Shown: positions 1 through 7,008 of the stretch, piece by piece
Position numbering within the stretch: the stretch's first letter is position 1
Layout of the letters: each line of letters opens with the position of its first letter
Source of the DNA: an uncultured virus (IMG/VR IMGVR_UViG_3300032272_000004)
Taxonomy: Duplodnaviria; Heunggongvirae; Uroviricota; Caudoviricetes
Length of the DNA stretch: 56,676 nucleotides
Direction: 5' to 3' (one strand)
IMG/VR virus record: IMGVR_UViG_3300032272_000004
Position numbers and translations under genes: made by a program
The notes under the pieces: generated by a model
Databases searched by the model: none
Seen by the model: only the letters and a program-made list of their open reading frames with translations
What the model was told of the DNA's origin: nothing

Positions 1-131
1 AGCTGTCCGACATCGCAAACCGGCTCGGCCGGCTTCGGTACTCACGCCGCCACTCCAAGCTCCATGGCGCAACCGAACGGGATCTCGCAGTCGCCCTCTC
101 GAAGCAGTTTCCGTCGTACCTGAGCGAAGAA

Positions 132-638
132 GTGGTGGAGTCTCCAACCCAGCGTGTAGGGCACGAGGGATGCAAGACGGTGAAGAAAGTGACGCTGCTT
201 CTCATCGACCTGCCAACGGGTCAGGTGGGATGGGATGTGGATGGCAGCCACCCGCGCTACTCGCACCTGAAGGTCCGGCCCGGAAAGCACTACGACGGGC
301 ATACGGTCGATGAAAAGATCGCTCGGCTCGCCGCGCTGCAGCCCAACTGGCTCGGGAGTGGCTCGCGCCGGATGGCTCGATACCCTCGCGGCCGGACACG
401 TTCCATCGCACGGAACAATCGCAACGCTTTGAGGGCTACCCGGCGGTTGCTCCACGAGCGCGAGCAATCACTGAGGGCACTGCAGCAGGAGCGGCGCCAG
501 ATCATGGAGGCATTCCGGCCGGTCCGGGCGGCGCTGGTTGGATTGCCACTCGGTAAACTCTCCGAGTCGGCTCCTCTGGTCGAGATGGTCAACGTCGTCG
601 CGGGGTGGGTGCAGCACCAGCTGAGGGCGGGTTCGTGA
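132..638 (+). CDS. hypothetical protein
   Basis: 168-aa ORF; stop overlaps next start (GTGA at 635-638). Confidence 0.55.
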   Translation: MVESPTQRVGHEGCKTVKKVTLLLIDLPTGQVGWDVDGSHPRYSHLKVRPGKHYDGHTVDEKIARLAALQPNWLGSGSRRMARYPRGRTRSIARNNRNALRATRRLLHEREQSLRALQQERRQIMEAFRPVRAALVGLPLGKLSESAPLVEMVNVVAGWVQHQLRAGS

Positions 639-865
639 CGCTGGCGGATCTGCTGGCGGGGGGATGCCGCCATCGCCTGAACAAGACCTATTGCTGTACG
701 GGTACGCACAAGGTCTGCGTCCAGTACCTGGCTGAGTACATGGCTGTGACTCAGCGGGAGGCCAGCACCAGCTACGCGTTGAAGCTGGCGCTGCAGATTC
801 TTCCGCTGCAGTTCTACATGTTCTCGTTGGCACCCTTGGGGAGGCGTACTCGTGCACGGGCTTGA
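635..865 (+). CDS. small hypothetical protein, Cys/His-rich
   Basis: GTG start coupled to upstream stop; in frame with ORF 605..865. Confidence 0.45.
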   Translation: MTLADLLAGGCRHRLNKTYCCTGTHKVCVQYLAEYMAVTQREASTSYALKLALQILPLQFYMFSLAPLGRRTRARA

Positions 866-1355
866 GGACGTGCTGAGGGGTTGCGTGTTTTGCGACGCGC
901 AGCCCGCGGTGCTGATTCCTGACGGTCTGTCCAAGATCGAACTCTGGGAACGCCTCGGCGTGCCCGAGTCCCGCGGTCCGAGCCAACTCGATCCGAAGAC
1001 CCCGGTGACGTGCAGCTCCTGCTGGGCGACGGGTCCCGTGATGTTGACCGAGTCGCATCCGGACCGCTCCGCTCTGGAAATTTGGAACGCTGCGGCGCGG
1101 GGCGAGTTGTGTGCTTCAGTGCCCCGAGGCGCCACGCGGGCGTGTCCCTTTTGCAAGACCAGCTCCAGCCTCGTGATGATGACGCATCATCGCCTCTCGG
1201 GCACGCCAATGCACGTCGTGCAATGCGGCTGTTGCGGCGCCCAGGGTCCGCAGATGCTGACCGAGCAAGGTGCGAAAAACTTCTGGAACCGCGGCGCTCG
1301 CTTGCCTGTGGAACTCGAGGAGGATCCACCGTTTGGGTGTGGGATGGGCGGGTAG
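852..1355 (+). CDS. tandem Lar-like (restriction alleviation) zinc-finger protein
   Basis: Two repeats of CxxC...CxxCxAxGP...A..xWN (CVFC/CSSCWATGP/ALEIWN; CPFC/CGCCGAQGP/AKNFWNR). Confidence 0.65.
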   Translation: MHGLEDVLRGCVFCDAQPAVLIPDGLSKIELWERLGVPESRGPSQLDPKTPVTCSSCWATGPVMLTESHPDRSALEIWNAAARGELCASVPRGATRACPFCKTSSSLVMMTHHRLSGTPMHVVQCGCCGAQGPQMLTEQGAKNFWNRGARLPVELEEDPPFGCGMGG

Positions 1356-1357
1356 AC

Positions 1358-1386
1358 TTGACGAGGTGTCGCTCCGTAGGCACCCT
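1358..1386 (+). promoter_or_regulatory. sigma70-type promoter with GGTGYC-N8-GRCACC operator
   Basis: TTGACG-17nt-CACCCT; operator GGTGTC-gctccgta-GGCACC 1365-1384; ATG 1393 six nt after -10. Confidence 0.7.
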
Positions 1387-1392
1387 ACCCGA

Positions 1393-2319
1393 ATGAAGGA
1401 GAGCGCCATCGAATGGACGACGTCGACCTGGAACCCGGTGCGCGGGTGCTCTCGTATCAGCACCGGGTGTGAGAACTGCTACGCCGAGCGCCAGGCGCAC
1501 CGTTTCTCGGCGATGAGTCAGCCCTATGCGGGTCTCGTGAAGCTGAGCAGGAAGGGCGAGCCGCACTGGACCGGGGAGGTGCGGAAGGTGCCTCACATGC
1601 TTTCGCAGCCGCTGCGGTGGAAAAAGGGTCGGCGCATCTTCGTCAACTCGATGTCGGACCTTTTCCACGAGACCTTGTCGCTTACGGACATCGCAGCGGT
1701 GTTTGGGGTGATGGCGACCGCCGATCATCACCAGTTCCAGGTGTTGACCAAGCGAGCCAAAATCATGAATCGCTTCGTGAGGGCGGCGACGGCTGGGGTC
1801 GATCCGGTGTCGATGTGTTGCGATGCTGCCCGCCATCAGCTCCAGGGCCACGGTGGTGCACCTTTCCGCAAGCATGTCGCACACTCGATTGCACATCAGA
1901 CGGACTGGCCCGTGCCCTGGCCGCTGCCAAACGTCTGGCTCGGCGTTTCCGTCGAGGATCAGCAGGCTGCCGCCGAGCGCATTCCCCAGCTCCTGAATAC
2001 CCCCGCTGCCGTGCGCTGGCTCAGTGTCGAGCCCTTGCTCGAAAAGGTCGACCTGGGCCTCGACGGCATGTCGGACATCGACTGGATCGTGGTGGGCGGC
2101 GAGAGCGGCCCTGGGGCTCGCCCTTGCGACGTCGAATGGATCGCCGACGTGGTCGAGCAGGCGCTCGCTTGCGGCATCGCGGTGTTCGTGAAGCAGCTCG
2201 GGGCTAACGTCGTCAGGCACTCGGTCAAGCATCGTAAGGGCGCTGATATGGGTGAGTGGCCCGAGGAGCTGCGGATTCGTCAGTACCCGCAGGACCCGGG
2301 AGGGGTGGTGGATCAGTGA
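1393..2319 (+). CDS. phage Gp37/Gp68 family protein (DUF5131, radical-SAM-like)
   Basis: IEWT..TWNPVRGCSRISTGCENCYAE, IFVNSMSDLFHE, FQVLTKR, NVWLGVSVEDQ, WLSVEPLL, WIVVGGESG, FVKQLG. Confidence 0.92.
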   Translation: MKESAIEWTTSTWNPVRGCSRISTGCENCYAERQAHRFSAMSQPYAGLVKLSRKGEPHWTGEVRKVPHMLSQPLRWKKGRRIFVNSMSDLFHETLSLTDIAAVFGVMATADHHQFQVLTKRAKIMNRFVRAATAGVDPVSMCCDAARHQLQGHGGAPFRKHVAHSIAHQTDWPVPWPLPNVWLGVSVEDQQAAAERIPQLLNTPAAVRWLSVEPLLEKVDLGLDGMSDIDWIVVGGESGPGARPCDVEWIADVVEQALACGIAVFVKQLGANVVRHSVKHRKGADMGEWPEELRIRQYPQDPGGVVDQ

Positions 2320-2597
2320 ACTATCATGAGTGCTGCATAGCGGAGGTGCTCGACGTGAATCAGGTGGGCGTGGGGACGGGCGAAGCCGTCAGCGCCTCAT
2401 CGAAGATGGTCGCCCCACGGGTGTGTGTGAGCTTGCCGCATTGGTCGCGTTGCAATCCTCGACAGGACGGGCTCCTGGATCTGCTGCACCGGGCCCGATC
2501 GAACTGGATCTCACTCAGCCCAGAAGTGGCCGGGCACCTACTCGACGAGCTCCTGTTTCTGCGTAAGCTGGGTCGGATTCCCCCGGGTGCCGAATGA
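2316..2597 (+). CDS. hypothetical protein
   Basis: GTG start overlapping upstream stop; stop overlaps next ATG. Confidence 0.5.
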   Translation: MNYHECCIAEVLDVNQVGVGTGEAVSASSKMVAPRVCVSLPHWSRCNPRQDGLLDLLHRARSNWISLSPEVAGHLLDELLFLRKLGRIPPGAE

Positions 2598-3076
2598 AAA
2601 AAAGTGTAGGTCGGCGTCTCGCCGAGAAAGCGATCTGCGACCGCTCCGATCCCGTCGAGGAGTACAAGCAGCTCACGAGCTCGGGTCTTCTCATGAGGGA
2701 TGAGACCCGGGCCGCCGCTGAGTTCCAGGCGATCGTGACTTCGCAGCTCCTCCGCTTCGGGTGGACGAGGGTCGACCTCGTGCACTGCTACATGACGCAC
2801 AAGTCACGAGTGGTCTGCCAGGTCAAAGGGATCTATCCCCGCCTCTGCGAGGTCAGCGCCTACTCGGCCGTGCCTCTCGACGGAGGCGGCAGCTACTACC
2901 GGCTCGAGTGCCTGGCGGCAGTGTTCGACTACTTGCTGCGGCAGGATCGGCTGGACGTGCCTCCGGACTACCTCGACGAACAACTCGAGCCGGACGACGT
3001 CAAAATCCTGCACCGCGGCATGCTGCGCGGAATCTTCAGGGAGGATGTTTCACGTGAAACATCCGTGGTGAAATGA
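2594..3076 (+). CDS. hypothetical protein
   Basis: 160-aa ORF with ATGA overlaps at both ends. Confidence 0.6.
   Translation: MKKSVGRRLAEKAICDRSDPVEEYKQLTSSGLLMRDETRAAAEFQAIVTSQLLRFGWTRVDLVHCYMTHKSRVVCQVKGIYPRLCEVSAYSAVPLDGGGSYYRLECLAAVFDYLLRQDRLDVPPDYLDEQLEPDDVKILHRGMLRGIFREDVSRETSVVK
3046..3061. promoter_or_regulatory. parS site
   Basis: TGTTTCACGTGAAACA, exact parS consensus; palindrome extends to 22 bp (3043-3064). Confidence 0.8.
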
Positions 3077-3399
3077 TGACGACTTGGTATGTGGGCTGGA
3101 AACATCACCAGGCAGCCCACCCGGTGAGCACGTATTGCCCTGAGTGCGGCGATCACCACAGCTGTCCGGGTAAGCCCCAGGAGTACTGGCAGTTCAAGGT
3201 GAAAGCTCCGCGCTGGTTTGACGCTCGCACCGAGGTTTACCGGATGTTTCGCGCCGGCGGCATCGAACCGCCCAGCAGCGTGCGCATTCGGCCTGTCTGG
3301 CAGGTCGAGGCGGAGGCCGTTCTTCTCGCAGGGTTTGTCGGGCTCGGGGCCTACATGCTGGGAAACTACGTGTCGTCGAAGAAAAAAGAGGCAGCATGA
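3073..3399 (+). CDS. hypothetical protein with CxxC and C-terminal TM helix
   Basis: CPEC; hydrophobic AVLLAGFVGLGAYMLG followed by basic tail; coupled overlaps. Confidence 0.6.
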   Translation: MMTTWYVGWKHHQAAHPVSTYCPECGDHHSCPGKPQEYWQFKVKAPRWFDARTEVYRMFRAGGIEPPSSVRIRPVWQVEAEAVLLAGFVGLGAYMLGNYVSSKKKEAA

Positions 3400-4115
3400 G
3401 CGACTTTCACATCGGATCCCTCGACGCGGTCGAGTGGCTGAGCGGCCTGGCTGACGACAGCGTCGACCTGGTGGTGACTGACCCCGCCTACGAGAGTCTC
3501 GAGGAGCACCGGAAGGTCGGCACGACGACTCGGCTATCGCATTCGGACGCCTCCAGTAACGACTGGTTTCCGATCTTCAAAAACGAGCGCTTCCCGGAGC
3601 TGCTGGCCGAGATCTACCGAGTGCTTCGGCGTGATCGGCACTTCTACCTGCTCTGCGATCAGACGACGATGTTTGTCGTCAAGCCGATGGCAGAGAAAGC
3701 CGGATTCAAATTCTGGAAGCCCATCGTGTGGGACAAGATGAGGATCGGCATGGGCTACCACTACCGAGCCCGATACGAGTTCATCCTGTTTTTCGAGAAA
3801 GGCAAGCGCAAGCTGAACGACCTCGGGATCTCCGATATCCTGGAGTGCGCCCGGGTGAACAAGGGCTACCCCACCGAGAAGCCCGTGGGGATGCTTCAGA
3901 CGCTGATTCGGCAGAGTACTCAGCCCGGGGAGATTGTGATCGACCCCTTCATGGGCTCGGGAGCCACCGGAGTCGCCGCACTCAGCGAGAATCGGCACTT
4001 CTGGGGTACGGACATCGTGGAGCGAGCTCGCGCTCTCAGCGTGAAACGCCTAATCGAGTGCGGTGGAGTGGCCCAGCCGCCCCCAGCGCCCCGTGATCCG
4101 CTGTTTGCGAGGTGA
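3396..4115 (+). CDS. N4/N6 DNA methyltransferase (beta class)
   Basis: VDLVVTDPAY (DPPY-like), YPTEKP, DPFMGSGATGVAA in beta-class order. Confidence 0.9.
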   Translation: MSDFHIGSLDAVEWLSGLADDSVDLVVTDPAYESLEEHRKVGTTTRLSHSDASSNDWFPIFKNERFPELLAEIYRVLRRDRHFYLLCDQTTMFVVKPMAEKAGFKFWKPIVWDKMRIGMGYHYRARYEFILFFEKGKRKLNDLGISDILECARVNKGYPTEKPVGMLQTLIRQSTQPGEIVIDPFMGSGATGVAALSENRHFWGTDIVERARALSVKRLIECGGVAQPPPAPRDPLFAR

Positions 4116-4119
4116 TTCG

Positions 4120-4548
4120 ATGCAGGAGTTTTACATCCCGGAAGGGGAACTCCTCGATATCGGGGACGTCAACATCAAATTCAACCGTGCCAACCGGGAG
4201 CCGACGGAGTTTTCAGGGCGCTGGGACGACTTGGGAAAGCGTTGGCAGTACTGCTTTCCAGCAACGGGGGCTCGAGTGCTGGGGAAGAGCGCGATTTTCA
4301 CCCAGGACACCGAGTTCGATCACCACGGCCGGCTTGCGAATCCTGCGGGATCGATCGTTTTGCCGCGGGCTCTGCTGATCCAGTACGCTCACCACCGAAA
4401 TCCAACCCGCCACAACGGTTTGCGATCCCATGAGTACATGGTGACCTTCGGGTTTTGTGCGTCAGTTAGCGAGCAACGCCGGATGGGAGAGATTTTCATG
4501 GCTTGGCTGTGCGGGATCCCGCGCTCGGAACGGCTCCCCAAGATCTAA
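4120..4548 (+). CDS. hypothetical protein
   Basis: GAGG RBS before ATG 4120; in frame with ORF 4063..4548. Confidence 0.55.
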   Translation: MQEFYIPEGELLDIGDVNIKFNRANREPTEFSGRWDDLGKRWQYCFPATGARVLGKSAIFTQDTEFDHHGRLANPAGSIVLPRALLIQYAHHRNPTRHNGLRSHEYMVTFGFCASVSEQRRMGEIFMAWLCGIPRSERLPKI

Positions 4549-4608
4549 AGCCTTGCCAGGGTGCCGTTTGGTTTGCACCATGGGGTCCTGTCCCGTGGAA
4601 CATTGCGA

Positions 4609-4624
4609 TGTTTCACGTGAAACA
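4609..4624. promoter_or_regulatory. parS site
   Basis: TGTTTCACGTGAAACA, intergenic; half-site CGTGGAACA at 4594-4602. Confidence 0.8.
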
Positions 4625-4648
4625 TTTTCCAAAAAAGGCAATGAAATC

Positions 4649-5341
4649 ATGGGTGTGCGTGAGGCTGTGCTCGCTTTCTTCTCTGATGACCCCAAGTTCG
4701 CGCAGGCAGCAGTGGCCGCGATGGATGGTGGGGGTGGCTCCACGACAGTGCGTAGGGTGACCCGCTCTGAATCGGCATCGGGCCCCGTACTCGACGAGTA
4801 CGGGCTGCTGTGTGCGGATATGGCGCAGGCCGATCCAGCCTGGTCCCCCGGTGAGCCCGACGAGTTCGATCGGATGCTGGATCGCATCTACGAAGTGACC
4901 GACGCCCGGCCCAACGCGAAGTATCGATCCTTCGGTCTGCGGACGTTTTCGTTGCTGGTCCAGGTCTGCCAAGAGCTGAAGCAGGCGCTCGCGACCCGCG
5001 AGAAGATCAACGAACAGAAGGACACCTGGAAGGAGCGCTATCACGTCGCGGGTGCCGAGGCCTCGAACGCCCAACAGATGGTGATGCGCGAGATTTTTCG
5101 CCTTTCCAAGATCGCAGGGGCCAATGTGACCCCTGGAGTGGTCGAACTGGTCGAGAAATATCGTCGAGAGCACGCTCCCGAGACCCCCGCAGTCACCGCG
5201 GAAACGGCGCTTTCGACGCCCCAGGCGCCCGCACAGGTCAAAATTGACCCACCCCCTGGGTCACCAGCGCCCCAGGTCAAAAACGACCCCCCCCGTGCTG
5301 GCGCACAATCCAGCCCTCTCGGCAAGTACATTAGTCCGTGA
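4649..5341 (+). CDS. hypothetical protein with coiled coil and Pro-rich tail
   Basis: ATG 4649 in frame with ORF 4457..5341. Confidence 0.6.
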   Translation: MGVREAVLAFFSDDPKFAQAAVAAMDGGGGSTTVRRVTRSESASGPVLDEYGLLCADMAQADPAWSPGEPDEFDRMLDRIYEVTDARPNAKYRSFGLRTFSLLVQVCQELKQALATREKINEQKDTWKERYHVAGAEASNAQQMVMREIFRLSKIAGANVTPGVVELVEKYRREHAPETPAVTAETALSTPQAPAQVKIDPPPGSPAPQVKNDPPRAGAQSSPLGKYISP

Positions 5342-5387
5342 TTAGGGTTTGATCGCTGCCCCCAATCCGTGCCTAGATAGGATCCAC

Positions 5388-6446
5388 ATGTCCACGACCC
5401 CCCCCGCCGACGAATTCGTCGAGTCGGACGAGCCGCAGTCCAAAGACACCGACAGTTTCGGTTTTTCCACCGAACTCGACGAAGCTCTGGGTACACCAGC
5501 GCCCTTGGCGTTTGGTGTGCAGGAGGACGGCTTGCCCGGCATCAATGCCGACGTGGTGAGCGAAGCCGCTCACCGACTCCCTTTCACCGAAGATCTGTTC
5601 GTGTGCGCGAGCGACGAGCGGAGCTTCGTGGTGCGCGACCCGCTGACTGGTGAAGTCGTGGCGACCGTCGCCAAGGCGGGCCAGCTTCCCAACGGGAAAT
5701 GGATCGCGCAGCTGGGCGACGTCCAGGGTGAGGATGGCTGGTGGGATTGCCTGGGCTGGCAATGGATCGAGCGCTTGCGTTTGATCCGGAGCAGGGACCA
5801 CCACTTGATCACTCGGCGCCGCTGCTCTACGCGCGGAGATCACCCGGTGGATGAGCAGCGCCTGCCAGTGATCTGTACCCCCGCGGACTGCGAGCCCACC
5901 GACTTCATCGAGGTCGAGCCTCTGCGCCCACGGTGCGAGCACTTGGTCGAGCAGCTCCGCCCGCCGGATGCCGCCGACCTGATGAGCGGAGCAGTCAAGA
6001 AAGGCTGGATGCAGCGCTACTGTGCAGCTCGCCGGTCGACCACTGGTGCGTTTTTCGGCTTGACCGAGGAAAACCTGCGTGCCTGTAGCATGCGGTCGCC
6101 TCACGACCCCAAGAGCGCAGCGCTCATTTCCGAGTTCACTCTCACACAGAAACAGCGGAGCAACGAGCGCACGTATACGCCGATGCTCCGTAACGCAGAC
6201 GGCACCCAGGACACTCGCTCACTCGATGCGTTCAATGCGCAACTGTTCGCCGACGGAAACGAAGAAGATGCCCAACGAGACACCGACCCCCCAGCCCCAG
6301 AGTCCAGCGGCGATCCCGCAGCCAGTGAGCCCCCCGGTTCCGGCAGCAGCCGCCCCCCAGTCTTTGCCGACGACGAGCCCCCAGCCGACGACGGGCCCTC
6401 AGCCGACGGCGGGCCCTCAGCCGACGGCGGCGCCGCCCCAGCCTGA
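5388..6446 (+). CDS. hypothetical protein, acidic termini
   Basis: Long ORF, ATG 5388; low-complexity acidic C-terminus. Confidence 0.65.
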   Translation: MSTTPPADEFVESDEPQSKDTDSFGFSTELDEALGTPAPLAFGVQEDGLPGINADVVSEAAHRLPFTEDLFVCASDERSFVVRDPLTGEVVATVAKAGQLPNGKWIAQLGDVQGEDGWWDCLGWQWIERLRLIRSRDHHLITRRRCSTRGDHPVDEQRLPVICTPADCEPTDFIEVEPLRPRCEHLVEQLRPPDAADLMSGAVKKGWMQRYCAARRSTTGAFFGLTEENLRACSMRSPHDPKSAALISEFTLTQKQRSNERTYTPMLRNADGTQDTRSLDAFNAQLFADGNEEDAQRDTDPPAPESSGDPAASEPPGSGSSRPPVFADDEPPADDGPSADGGPSADGGAAPA

Positions 6447-7008
6447 AGTGCAGGTTCCGGTGGTGCACGCCGCCGACATCGACCGGGAGCTGGAGGTGCA
6501 GGCTCAGTCGATGGCCAAGCGGGCCATGACCCTCATGGGTGAGGGGAAGCAGATCAGTGCGCACATGGTCGCCTCGGATGTGCAGTTCACGATCATGCAC
6601 CAGCTTCGGCGCCTGGCCCAGGTGGTGGGGGCTCTCGAGGGCCACGCCGGGTGGGTGCAGCGGCAGCTGCAGGAGCCCGAGGAGGGGGACGTCCAGGCTG
6701 AAGAGGAGGAGGACGAGGGACCCGCCCTGACCGACGAGGAGTCGAAGGCGCTGGTCGAGTTCGTGCAGGCGTCTCTGGGCCTCGCAAAGGAGGCCAGCTC
6801 CCCGAGGGCGGCGGCAGTCATCGAGTCGGCTCCGAAGATGCTGGAGCTGCTCGCCGAGCTCAGTGGCAAGCCCGTCACGACTACGCAGATGGCTGACGAG
6901 ATCATGGCGGCTCTCCACGATGGGTCTCCTCCGGCTCGCCCTGCTTCACCGCCCACGTTGGTGGTCGAGCCTACCGATCCGCCCCCTTCGCCGCCGAGCG
7001 CTGCATGA
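6268..7008 (+). CDS. hypothetical protein, Pro/Gln-rich N-terminus
   Basis: ATG 6268 after purine-rich GAAGAAG; stop overlaps next ATG; start uncertain because it overlaps the previous ORF. Confidence 0.6.
   Translation: MPNETPTPQPQSPAAIPQPVSPPVPAAAAPQSLPTTSPQPTTGPQPTAGPQPTAAPPQPEVQVPVVHAADIDRELEVQAQSMAKRAMTLMGEGKQISAHMVASDVQFTIMHQLRRLAQVVGALEGHAGWVQRQLQEPEEGDVQAEEEEDEGPALTDEESKALVEFVQASLGLAKEASSPRAAAVIESAPKMLELLAELSGKPVTTTQMADEIMAALHDGSPPARPASPPTLVVEPTDPPPSPPSAA

Noticed and set aside
814..2232. Long antisense or alternate-frame ORFs (also 6504..8069, 15969..17564, 19632..21251, 40933..42393, 42874..44781)
   Set aside because: Shadow ORFs typical of GC-rich DNA, overlapping genes with clear motifs or coupled starts
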